Of a DNA stretch of 64,000 bases, positions 1 to 11,896 are shown in pieces. A program made the translations under genes and the position numbers. This DNA comes from Tubiluchus corallicola (taxonomy: Eukaryota; Animalia; Priapulida). The notes under the pieces were generated by a model. It had not been told where the DNA came from, did not search any database, and worked only from the letters and a program-made list of their open reading frames with translations. The number at the start of each line of letters is the position of its first letter. Within the stretch, counting starts at the first letter, position 1. The DNA is taken from contig JAQGDQ010000157.1 in assembly GCA_030141605.1 (NCBI GenBank), positions 261,266 to 325,265 of the forward strand. Reading direction: 5' to 3'.

Positions 1-339
1 TTGGCCAGTAAACTAAACAAACTGGAAAATATGATTAATTCTAATTATTACGCAAAACTTAAACGACGATTCAATGCGATTTTGATTGTTCTGCATTTTG
101 GAAACTGCGATTGTGATTACAGGTAATCAACAAAATGTTATGATTATCGTTATTAGTGTGACGCCATAATCGTAGACCCAAGTACTATGAGTGATTATTT
201 TAGTTTATCAAGTTTTTGAAGCTATTGGAAAGTTGGTCATATACGCTAGAACAAACACTCTAAGGCTAATACGTGCATGAGCGTTGCTTTAAAGATAGTT
301 ATGTTATCCGTGGCGAAACCAAAACGAAGTTAAATGTCT

Positions 340-1040
340 ATTTATCATTTTATTTCGCGTTTATACAAGTACCATAGAATAGTAAAAAACTAAATTAAAA
401 ATCACTGTGTAAAAATGTTTCTACAAGACAAATAAAATAAAAATGTAAAAAAAATGTACACAAAGAACGGGGAATTAGTAAGCTAAATATGTAAAAAGGG
501 TTAGTAAGTTTATATTCCCAATAGGCAAAATTTTTTGAAAAAGTCAAAATGGCATCAGTACAGTATTAAGAATGAAACGTAAAATGACTTTAAAATGATT
601 ACAGCCATTTTCGGCACATATTCTAGATGCTGTGGTGCCCCTACGGTAAACAAAAAACTTCATCAATGCAAAATAGTTTTTTGCTTGCCGTAGGGGCACC
701 ACAGCAGCTAGAATATGTGCCGAAAATGGCTGTAATCGTTTTAAAGTCATTTTACGTAAAAGTAGTTTTAGCCTTCATCAGTGAGTTTCAAATTCAGCAA
801 TGCCATACGCAGTTTTATACTTAATACTGATGTCATTTTAACTTCAAATGTTTTTGGCCATTGGGAATATACACTTATTAACCCTTTTTTACGTATTTAG
901 CTTACTAATCCTCTGTTTTTTGTGTAAATATTTATTTTACTTATCTTGTAGTAATATTTTTAATAATGTTTTTAACTAAGCTTTGCTTATTATGTTATGG
1001 CACTTTTTATGTACTGAGATAAACGTAAAATAAAATAAAT
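340..1040. mobile_element. Long foldback (palindromic) element or MITE
   Basis: Arms of about 320 bp are inverted around position ~667, e.g. acagccattttcggcacatattctag..gctgtggtgcccctacgg versus ccgtaggggcaccacagc..ctagaatatgtgccgaaaatggctgt. Confidence 0.75.
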
Positions 1041-2994
1041 AACTAAATAAATAATAAATGTGAATAATACTAATTAAGGTTTAAATTTAAAAAAATAAAA
1101 TTTGGGGATTTTAACGCGGTAGAAATGAAATGACCGACTTTTCTAAACAAACAAAGAATAATCATGACAGTTTTATTTTTATTTACATTAAGAAAACTGT
1201 TCGACAGGTTTTCCTGACGATTCAGTTACCTGACCATGAAATTGAATTGCCCTTGCAATCAAATTAATATTAATACGATGAATATAGTATCAGTAGTTTT
1301 TATTTTTATAGGCTTGACATCAACCGTAAAATGATTATTTTTTGGACCTTTTTGGCAAAAATTGGTGGGTAAGTACTAAAATCTTTGTAGTTTAGCTACA
1401 TTTATATTGCTACATTTATATACAAATTGGATAAAAATTCTCAGCCTCTATGGAATTTCAAAAAAGGATAACTTTTTTGTATCCACCCTGTATATAGCTA
1501 TTGTTATAATGATAGGATTTTTTTAAATTTCGTAGTAATGTTTGCTGTTTTCTTCGACAAACACCTGGCAATTTAAATCTCTCAAAAAATAAAAATAAAC
1601 AGCGATTGGAAATTAAATATTAAACAGAAAAGTAAATGAAATTAAAAATAAACAAAATGTAGGATAGTAAATTTTCTGCATATATAACGCAAGCCAGCAC
1701 CATTATGTGTTATACGTTTTTGCGTATCCAATAGTGTGCAAAAATCAATACAAATAGCTGCATAATATTAGCGCAATTCCTCAGTTCTAATAAGCGGGTT
1801 CATTAAAAACGATATAAAGTGATTTTTACACAATAACTCTGTAACACACAACTTTGTTTTTGATTCTTTCTGTGCATTATTCCTTATTTGTAAATTGTCT
1901 TGCCGTTCTAACAACAACTACAACGGCTGGCAACACAAATAACACGATAAAAATACTTTAATATTTATCGTATCTTTTTATTAAAATAAATTCACTATCC
2001 GATCCACAAAAACGTGTTTACGACACTGTTCTTTCTATTTAGACTCTCTTCTTTATCCGTCCACCATACTCTGTATATAGTCCTACTTGCGAATTCGTTC
2101 GCAACAAACTCATTCCGAGTGTCTGGTTAACGGCACTCAAAATAAGACAGTACCATCGGAAATTTACATGAATAAGATCTTTTTTAAAAAAACATGTAAG
2201 TATCAGCGTCCTACAATCTTACTCAGAGAGATCTGTCAGTGCTAGTTGCTTGAACGAGTGTACTCAGTGTACTTTATACATGTACATATATACTAATATG
2301 TTAGCCAGGTTCTAGGCAGTTTAACGCAAAGGGCAAAACTGTTTTTAGCGCCTTCTCCTCAATGGTCAACCCCTTCCCCCACGGTCTCCATCCACTATGC
2401 ATCCAATATTGACTTTTTCTTGTATACTATTATAATAAAGTATAATGGTACTTGTGCGTTAGGCTTATGCTTGTAAACTAATTAAGTAGAGTTAATTACC
2501 TATCTACAGATGTACTGACTGAATTTGAAAGTGTGTCTATAATTTGCTTGAATTTGAAATTGGATTTATGACCCCATTGTACTCTATGTGACTCGCCAGC
2601 TTTTTTGCCTTTCGTTTCCTGCATTTCTTCCTAATGACTTCGATTCTTATAGATTTATCTGCCATAGTTAGATAAAATGCTATTGTACGAATTTTTTTAC
2701 TAACGGAAGAGTCATTCTATAAGTACTTATAACAAACCTCTCAGCAAAAACAGGGTAATACGTCATTGATGTCTGCGTGACGTAATGTCAGAAATGACGT
2801 AATCTTAGGAAACCAGATAAAGCAAAATAGAGTGTTTTGCTACGAGAAAACACTTTCTGGTATCGATAAATCATACATTTCAACAGGGAAATAACGCAAC
2901 TAGTTCATTTCATTTAATTAGTGTTGAACACCTATTAAGGAATTACACATACCCTATGCTATTACTTATACAAAATTTAAATATTAAATAAATA

Positions 2995-3070
2995 CTTCCA
3001 AAATTTGGTGCTTCCCAAAATATGGCGCCCTAGGCAACTGCCTAGTTTGCCTAGTAGTAGAGCCGGCCCT
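2995..3070. mobile_element. hAT-like MITE end fragment
   Basis: Ends in gagccggccctg (reverse complement CAGGGCCGGC) with a ggcgccctaggcaa subterminal motif; recognised from memory only. Confidence 0.4.
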
Positions 3071-3639
3071 GATTTATTAGTATATTATTTTACGATATAT
3101 ATTGGAATGTACATAGGAATTGGAATATTGAAACGCCTATACGTTTAACGAATGTAAAATAAATTACAGTAGCCTATAAGCTTACACAAACGCCTAACTT
3201 TTACCAAAGGCGGATATAAGAGACTCATTTCATTTTCCAAGATTTTTCTCCATTTAACTTAAGCCTCCATGATATATGTAGATATTAGATTTTTAGATTT
3301 ATTTATTCATCCACTTAGCACAATACAACAAAATACAAGTTATGTAATTACAAAATTAGCAGTCCATTGCAGTGCTATGAGGGTAGCAGAAGAAATTAGC
3401 TTATAACCTACGTTCAACATGGATAAGACATAATTATGGCATAAACAATAAAAAATACGTTAAATGGAGCAAAGCAAACGCTTACGAGAAAATGATAATG
3501 ACGATATTGATGATGATGACAACGATGGTGATATTAATGCTGACGACAATTGTGGTGATGATGACAATGATATTGAATTTATGCTAACGATGATGATGCA
3601 CAGGATCGATGATTTAAACCAAATTAGCCATTTTGCAGT

Positions 3640-4240
3640 GTTATGGAAATAGTTTAAAATATTGAATTACATAAAAAAATATAAAGTGTGTCATTTTTGA
3701 TTACAGTAATTGGTTAATTTGGCCCATACGACTCATGAATTGATTTTTTAAATTTATTTTGAATATTGGTTCTGATTTATCACGTTTTTTCTGTACAAAG
3801 CTTATTCCATAGTAGGGGCCCAGTGAATATTAAATGATGTCGGGCTGTGTTTGCTCTGCAGTACTATACTTTAACTTCATTTGACCTAGTACTGTGAAAT
3901 TTAACATTTACTTGAACTGAATTATTAAAAAAAGATCAGACGTAGTCTATTAACTTTTTTGTACATATAGATACCTAGGTTATAATTAAGGAAATCATAA
4001 ACTAATAATATTTTACATTCTTTAAAATGGGTGTTATCTATATGTGCCGGGCTGTGCCCTTCTATTTTTTGTAAAGAATGCGCAAAAACTTCCTTTGAGC
4101 TACCTTTAGAGCAGATAATTTTGAAATATATGTTTTCCCCTAGAGAATGGAACAGTAATTAAGATCAGGAAGAATTAAGTTATTATATAAAGGAATTACG
4201 TTTGATTATCATTAAGATAAGAAAAATAAACCGCAAAGAT
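3640..4240 (-). mobile_element. Degraded non-LTR retrotransposon (RT C-terminal region)
   Basis: Minus strand gives LYNNLILPDLNYCSI...LKVAQRKFLRI, typical of the post-RT region of CR1/L2-group LINEs; interrupted frame. Confidence 0.55.
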
Positions 4241-4559
4241 GAAAAAACTCGTTGATTGGCTTGTTTCAAATGTTGACCGGTGAGCCGAAATTTCAGGTTC
4301 ACTTCACCCGGTTTTAATTGCTTGTAAAAATTGCACTTAAGAGTCTTTCAACAGCGATTTTACAGCATTATAAATCAACTGAGCCATGCATCGCTACTAA
4401 GGTCTGCTTCCCCAAGACAAAGGAGACAGCCAAGTTTAATCTATTTGCTTTTCAGTGTCGAAATCTGACACCAGACTGACGATTTTAATCAAAAATCCTT
4501 TGTGCGTCTCGTTTTGTTGTTTTACAGAGTCCGCCATAAACTTGCTGCGGTCGAGGCGA

Positions 4560-5352
4560 ACCACTGCATGGTGGTCCGGGTAGCCACTGTCCACTGTCCA
4601 GACAGTGTCATGATGTGAGTGTCAACTACTGCATGGTGGTCTTGGTAGCCACTGTCCATCGTCCAGACAGTCTCATGACGTGTGTCAATCAGGTAGCCAC
4701 TGCTCAAACAGGGTCATGATGTGAGTTTCAACCACTGCATGGTGGTACAAGATAACCACTGTCCAGACAGGATCATGACGTGACTCTCAGCCACTGCATG
4801 GTGGTCCAAGATAGTCACTGTCTAGACAGGATCATGATGTGAGTCTCAGCCACTGCTGGTAGTCCAAGATAGCCACTGTCCAGACAGGATCATGACGTGA
4901 CTCTCAGCCACTGCATGGTGGTCCAAGATAGCCATTGTCTAGACAGGATCATGATGTGAGTCTCAGCCTCGCCTGGTAATCCAAGATAGCCACTGTCCAG
5001 GCAGGGTCACGATATGACTCTCAACCACTGCATGGTGGTCCAGGAGGCCACTGTCCAGGAAGAGTCATGATGTGAGTCACAACCACTACATGGCGGTCCA
5101 AGATAGCCACTGTCCAGACAGGGTCATGATGTCTCAACCACTGCATGTTAGTCCAGGCAGCCTCAGTTCAGGCAGGGTCATTATGTGAGTGCATGGTGGT
5201 CCAGTGGTCTTAACCACTGCATGGTGGTCCAAGATAGCCACTATCCAGACATGATGTCTCAACCACTGCATGGTGGTCCAGGTAGCCTCTGTCTAGGCAG
5301 GGTCGTGACGTGAGTTTCAACCACTACATGGTGATCCAGGTAGCCACTATCC
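4560..5352. repeat. 59-bp minisatellite, about 13 copies
   Basis: Unit approximately ccactgcatggtggtccaagatagccactgtccagacaggatcatgatgtgagtctcag. Confidence 0.9.
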
Positions 5353-6254
5353 AAGACACATTTACCATTACCGATATGGTGCTCTCAGAACCTCTTATTG
5401 CAGATTCCAAGAGTTTGTTTATGGTACTCATTTTTTGTGTTGCTTCTCATAGTCTTATCCGGAACATTTCTAGATGCAGAATTTTTGCTGATAAATTCGA
5501 TTTTCCCGCTGCGTTCCTAACTGTGGAATTCTCTACTATATTGCACTGAACTAATTACGCTTACTATTTCATTAAGATTCTGCTAGAAATACGAGAGAGA
5601 GAGAGAGTTCTCCTACGACTTATCATCATTAATAGAGTAAAATGTAATGCCCTTTATAGTCTCAAAGATTATAATATTTATTCAATAGCTTTCGCCCTAG
5701 CTGGCCTCAACGTCATGTGATTTCTGAACAGTGACCAGACAAAGAAAGATAAAACCGACACGCCTCCTCATCCTCATTCCGTGACCTCATAGCCCTATGC
5801 GTCTGCGAATTATTAAAGGAACAAAAATAAGTAAGTAAAGAGGATAAATAAATACTGAGGGTAAATCAAGAAGGATTTTTTATATAGCAGAATCATTAAC
5901 ACAGAAAAACGTAATGCCCTTTATAATCTCAAATATTATAATATGTATTCAGTAGCTTTCGCCCTAGCGGGCCACATGTTTATATGTACTTCTAACGTTT
6001 TTGACGATATTTATTGATTCAGCTGTCTGCATGGCAACTCCAATAGCTAGGTGACTAGCAATTCCCTTATAAGCAAACTTATATACTCTAATAATAGTTA
6101 TTGTCGTTACAGTATTGAGCCAAATTCTCTAACACGACACATAAACATCATTATCATTTACTTATAAAATCAAAAATTAAAGACAGTTAGTTGAATTCGT
6201 TATTAGTTGTGTTACTGTAGCGTGCATATGATGGTATTTTTTCTTGCTCTTAGT

Positions 6255-6728
6255 TCATGCTGCTACTGTTGTTGTTGGTTCTGCCTCTATTTCTGTTGCT
6301 TCTTCTGGCGTTGTTGTTGTTGTTACTGCTGTTGTTGGTGTTGTCATTGCAGTTGCTATTGCCATTGTTGTTGTTGCTAGTGCTGTTGTTGATGTTGTCA
6401 TTGCAGTTGCTATTGCCATTGTCGTTGTTGCTAGTGCTGTTGTTGCTACTGCTGTTGTTGATGTTGTCATTGCAGTTGCTATTGCCATTGTTGTTGTTGT
6501 TGCTAGTGCTTTTGTTGCTAGTGTTGTTGTTGTTCCTACTTCTGTTGTTGTTGCTGCGAGTGGTATTGTTGTTGTTGCTGCTGCTGTTGTGTACTTACTA
6601 ATACCGTTGCTGTTATACTTGTTGTGACAAATCTTCTTAACTGACCACGTGACATAAAAAACAGTTTCTACTGTTACATTAGCAGTTTGTGGTAAAAGTG
6701 CATGAATCACAACAACCAAAAACACACT
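6255..6728 (-). other. Thr-rich low-complexity tandem repeat; possible mucin-like exon
   Basis: Degenerate (TGT)n with three copies of gttgtcattgcagttgctattgccatt. The minus frame is open from a ttttaacag acceptor with a hydrophobic start (SVFLVVVIHALL), then TTTTMAIATAMTT repeats. No in-frame upstream exon found. Confidence 0.35.
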
Positions 6729-7494
6729 CTGTTAAAATAGTTAATCATGATTAAATTTTATTTCTTAGTTTGTAAGCCAAACAAGATAAGGAGAATAAAA
6801 AATCAAAACTACACATCATTTGCAACACAGCTGAATGTCATCAGATTGGTCACAAGAAAAATTAAATGTAGGAACTATCAAAACCAACGTAACCCAAGAC
6901 ATTGGCAACTTTCCTTGTAAAAATAAACAAAAATGACATTGAAGACGTACTTATATAGATATTTAAAAGCTCTCCATAAAATCATTGAAACTAATCAAAT
7001 CAATGACACTAAAAAGTTACTTTTTATTATAATTTATAATATAATACTATAATTCATTTAAATAATTATATATATAAAATATAAGCGTAGAACTGTAAAT
7101 AAGCAGGATTACTGTAGATACAAAAAATTAATACATAATTATCATAATACTGTACTGCAGTTATGCATTAGTAAGGTAATGAGCAAATAGAAATGACTTT
7201 ATTTAATGTAAGCAGATCCAATGGCCTTAAAATTATAGCAAAAAAATAAATCTAAGAGGATAACTGACGAGGTCAATCACTCAAATTACACAACATTCTA
7301 TCAATGACAGTAGAGTTGTCCTAGGTTTGCTTTTCAAAGTGAAACATTTGCCATTCAAAACATAAATTTGAATAATATCTTAGCAATTTCTATCCTTAAC
7401 TGATACACGAATTGAATGACTGGCCTCACTAACATAACATTGACTAACAAGTAAAAATTACAATAAGTCAAAAGTTAGTAACACTATAAACATA

Positions 7495-8213
7495 TTAATT
7501 CCTTCAGGGCCGCTTCATTCAAAACAGGTCTCATAAGACCTTCTCTTGAGTTTTTTGTTACTGTATGAGCACAGACATAACTAAATGATTATAAATTAGG
7601 TACTGTCCTATTCAGGAGAATTTCGGCTATCCAATCATTCTATTTGTTTAAACTTTTATATGTGATTTAATTGGATAAAATTAAAAACATGCCCTTTCCA
7701 GGCACACCAGCTTAGCCTATTGAGTAGCTTAGTCTGGTGTACACTTGCGTGATTGTACACACTACTTTATTGCTGCAGTTCAAGAGAACTGTCTGCTGTA
7801 CAGAGTTCCAGGAAAAACCAACTGATCAACCAAGGAAAAATTAACGTTTGATCTTTTAAACTGGAATTTCTCCTTAAAAATAGTAGACTTGAGGCCAAAG
7901 TGTATAAGAGTGTTGCGTCTGGATAGTAGAAATTTTCTGTATTAGCCAATTTCATACAAGTGATACTGTACATTGTTACCGTGCAAACACAGCAGTTACT
8001 GAAAGCTTTTTCCAATTTTTTCGTTAAAAGTCAATTTTTAATTGATATAAATAAGCAAATGCATTTCATATATAATTTTGCATCAAAATCCAGTGTGAGG
8101 AGTAGAAACCTACAAAAATTATCAAATATAACGTAATCGCTGCTTAGTGAAAGCAGTTTTCATGATGAACCCATGCAAAATGCAGGCAATGCTTACGGTC
8201 CTGAAGGAGTTAA
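7495..8213. mobile_element. TTAA-flanked MITE, family B
   Basis: TIRs ttaa(t)tccttcagg...cctgaaggagttaa; homologous to 38347-39312 and 49121-49858. Confidence 0.8.
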
Positions 8214-8414
8214 TAACAATAATGAGCAATTACAAATGACTTCATTTACTACTGGGTAGTCTTTCACCATTGGGTGTAAAATAACAAACGTATGTATTCA
8301 CAAATGTATAAGTTAGATAACAAAAACCTTGCTAAAAGGATAAAAGTAATAAAAATGTTTTACAAAAAAGTGTAACAAAATCTTATTCAATACTTTTTAT
8401 TACGGGCAATCAAA

Positions 8415-9106
8415 AACATTTATAGTTAAAACACCACACCTTTATTAAAACTTTAATTTAGTTAAAACATAGTTAACATAGTTAAAAAATCATGTCAAAT
8501 GTTTTGACAGAGCTACTGCTGTCATCATCAGTGGGAAATTTTTACAAATATACAATCAGTTTATATAGGCAGAGCCTTATGGAGACCCAATATTATAGAG
8601 GCATAGCACAGAACATTATGCACTAATTATGTATTTAAAAGAAGCCAAATGGGTAATGATTAAGCAAAGCGGTACAAAAAATTGATACAGTAAATTATGC
8701 ACCAGTATAAATTTCTTTTCTACTGGTCTGCTTATTCATTACACATTTGGCTTCTGTTAAATGCATAATTAGTGCATAATGTTCTATACTGTAGGCATTG
8801 CCTATCGCTCTTTTCTACTGGTCTGCTTAATCATTAATTATTTGGCGTTTTGTAAATATATAATTAGTGCATAATTTACTGTATCAGTTTCTTTTCTACT
8901 GGTCTGTTTATTCATTACCCATTTGGCTTCTGTTCACCATTATTAGTGCATAGTGTTCTATACGGTAAGCTATGCTTGTATAAACTGGTTGTGTTTGTAA
9001 AAATTTTTCCACTGATGATGACAGCAGTAGCTCTGTCGAAACGTTTGACACGATTTTTAACTACGTAAATTAAGTTTTAATATAGATGTTGTGTTTTAAC
9101 TATAAT
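8415..9106. mobile_element. Foldback element family A with Penelope-type hammerhead motifs
   Basis: Inverted arms tatagttaaaacac...gtgttttaactata; a CTGATGA..GAAAC motif in each arm; homologous to 16505-16860, 18842-19540 and 25572-25760. Confidence 0.75.
9003..9058 (+). ncRNA. Minimal type I hammerhead ribozyme motif (Penelope-like)
   Basis: CUGAUGA (9012-9018), U, stem II GACAG/CUGUC with loop CAGUAGCU, then GAAAC-GUU; palindromic AAACGUUU stem III; stem I is weak. Confidence 0.55.
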
Positions 9107-9182
9107 TAGGAGTGTTAGTAATCCCATTTCAGTCTATGTAAACCTATTCCAATCCATTACAGTCAATTTCAGCTCAGAATAG

Positions 9183-9423
9183 TGTTATGACCCGCTTGCT
9201 GTGATTCTAATTTGTGAGCCAGGTTGGCTTCACATACCTAATTTGTAACTTGATTTTGGCCTAGTTGGGGAGTTGTTATAGAGATGGAAGTAATATCGGC
9301 TGTTTGGGATGGCAGCTCTGATGTTTTGTTTTGTTATTTTTGTTCATTGATGATAAGGAATGATGTGGAAAATGCATCTCCGTTTCCTTAACACAACTTT
9401 GTGTTCGACTCCAACTCATAACA
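9183..9423. mobile_element. Solo-LTR-like repeat (TG...CA)
   Basis: tgttatga...tcataaca termini, about 240 bp; second copy at 54494-54735; no clear TSD. Confidence 0.55.
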
Positions 9424-9469
9424 GTAACATTGTATTTCACATTGTGTGCACATAATAATAATACTAATA

Positions 9470-9660
9470 ATGATTTCGTTTAGGACAGTCCAGGGATAAC
9501 ACAAGTAACTCAATGCTTATTTCCAAGGTGCTCCCGATTATATTACCCGCATGTTATTTCGATAAACCAGCGTTTTTGGTCAAAGTTTCGGTGGTACAAT
9601 TTTGTAAGTTTTTGGTACGACTCGGTCGAGGTGCGAAACCGCGACCTCCCGGGTCTGATC
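9470..9660 (-). mobile_element. tRNA-derived SINE remnant
   Basis: Minus strand ggtcgcggtttcgcacctcgaccgagtcgtaccaaaaactt...tgtacc resembles a B-box plus common SINE body; degenerate. Confidence 0.4.
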
Positions 9661-11896
9661 TGTCATGCATTGTACCCAGGTTCTTCTCTTTCTCACATCA
9701 CAATTTCATAACAATGACCAATTACTCTAGACCGCTTTACCTTATCAGTTTGTAAAAGGATGTAAAAGAGTTAAATGCACAATACTATATAAATTTTAGC
9801 TTATGCACACATATGTATGTACATATATGTCCAACTGAGACTAAATTTATCCTGGTTTTATCGTAAATTTTAACAAAAGTCGTTGTTCTTATGTGATTGT
9901 AAGTAAAACGTAGAAAAGTTTATCATTTTTAATACTTTTCCCAATAATGTAATCTAAATAATTCCAGTGAATGATTCTGTTATTATGGACGTAAATTATT
10001 ATAAATAATTGTTAAAATGTTTTATAAGTAAGTTTGTAATACATGTATTAAGGACATAATTATAATTCACTGTGTTGTATATATGCAGAATTATCATAGA
10101 GGCTTTGCATGTATTATGCAAATAAAGATTTATCATTATCATCTGGACTTGATGGTCTTCATATAACTGCTTCATAGCAACGCTGGAACTTTAATTCAGT
10201 TACATGTAATTCCAGGAAACTTTTGTAATTAATGAACTCCACGAAACAGGTGTTTATAACGTCATAAAATCAAAAAGAATAAATTTAAAAACATTTATTA
10301 GAACCCTTATACATAAGTTGAGAAATAAATGCAGTGCAATGTATCAAATTTGCTGCAAAATTCATTTTATTTTCCTGTAATTTGAAAATGCCATGATATA
10401 ACTCCCAAATCATGAAACACTCAATTCTTTAAAGTCACCACCTCAGTATCAGCCAGCTGCTCTTGAATTTTATAACCTCTCTTTTCAATTCTAAGCTTTT
10501 ATTCTGGCGACAGTAGCTAGTAATGTGTGTTTGAATAAGGTGTCGGTTTCTTAAATTTGAGAATAGAACTGATTCTCACGCTTGTGATATATTAGTTTAA
10601 ACTCTAGCGTTAAATACATTTTCGGTTGTAAATTAGCCGTAAATCGCCAGCCCAATTATTGCAATTTCTGGCAACCAGACGGAACATACCCCGCCCCTTA
10701 TCGGGAAGAAAAGTGAGCTATGGGCTTTTAATTTCTCACATAGATATTAAAAAAGTTGCAGCACGTTTAGAAGTTCAGGAAATTCTTATTTTTGCCAGAC
10801 AAAATGAAAGTCTTTTTTCAAACTTTCGATGATGCCTCTAGCTGTGACTAGTAATATTATTTGCAAGACTCTTGCACCTATTAAAATATGAAGCAAATCA
10901 CAGCGACATCTGCATAACTGAATTGAAAAACTTACAATAAAAAATCAAGGAAAAATGAAAGAAAGCAGGCGTTTGTAACCGCCATGAAAAATGAAAGAAA
11001 GCATGCGTCTGGCACCGCCATCTTTAATAGTTTATTTTCCGGTAAAGGGGCAAGAACTCACAAGGAATGACTAATACTGATGGATTTTTGTCCTTTTGCC
11101 AAGACAAACTACGGCTGTAGCTAGAAACGCCTTATATTTTCTTTCTTTTTTCTTTGTTTTCTTAATTGTGGGATTTTTAAATTCACTACGCTTGTCATTC
11201 GTAATTAACGTGTATCATCTGCATAACATTCTATACAGTTATGGTTCAACATTTTAAGGAGTAGATTGTTTTGAAATACAGTTTAAGATTGGGTCCAGTT
11301 TTGCTTTAAGCTGTCCAAGCTACAATTGTGAGGAGCAGCGGCATCGAGGGTTCTGTGAGAGAACTATGTAGTTTAGGAACTAATGAAAAGAAAAATCATG
11401 AAAGCATTTTATTTAAACGTGCTGACAAAAGAGGTTTACTAAAACACCAGGCCTCCAATTAGCAAGAGATTGTGAATAAATAAGCTTAAGTACACATTAT
11501 TTTACAAACTCAGAAAATTTGTAGGTCTAACATTGTATTTGTTTCCAAGTATTCTGTTACCGTACAGTGTACATGCATCCACAAAATAATAAATATTTCC
11601 CATTTTAAGGTACCTAAGTAATAAATAACATCGAGTTGAATGTTGTTATTACTGTTGTTGCGGAAACACTTATTTGTCCATGGTCAGTACTACACAATGA
11701 TTTTCATTATTAAGTTATGTTAAAGGCTTGCAATATCAAAAATGAAGTTTTACAAAAAAAATGAAGCTCATAAATTAACAACCATATAAACTAGCAGCAT
11801 TTATGGAAACTAAAGGTGCATTAGAGAGACACTAGCGGGCAAATGCCGAAACGAAATTTTTTGTAAGTAGCAGTTAATGAAACGTCATTTATGATA

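Noticed and set aside
3464-3652. Asp-rich 62-aa ORF
   Set aside because: Degenerate (GAT)n simple repeat next to a LINE remnant.
4560-5352. CRISPR-like array
   Set aside because: Units are repeated over their whole length with no unique spacers, there are no cas genes, and the context is eukaryotic.
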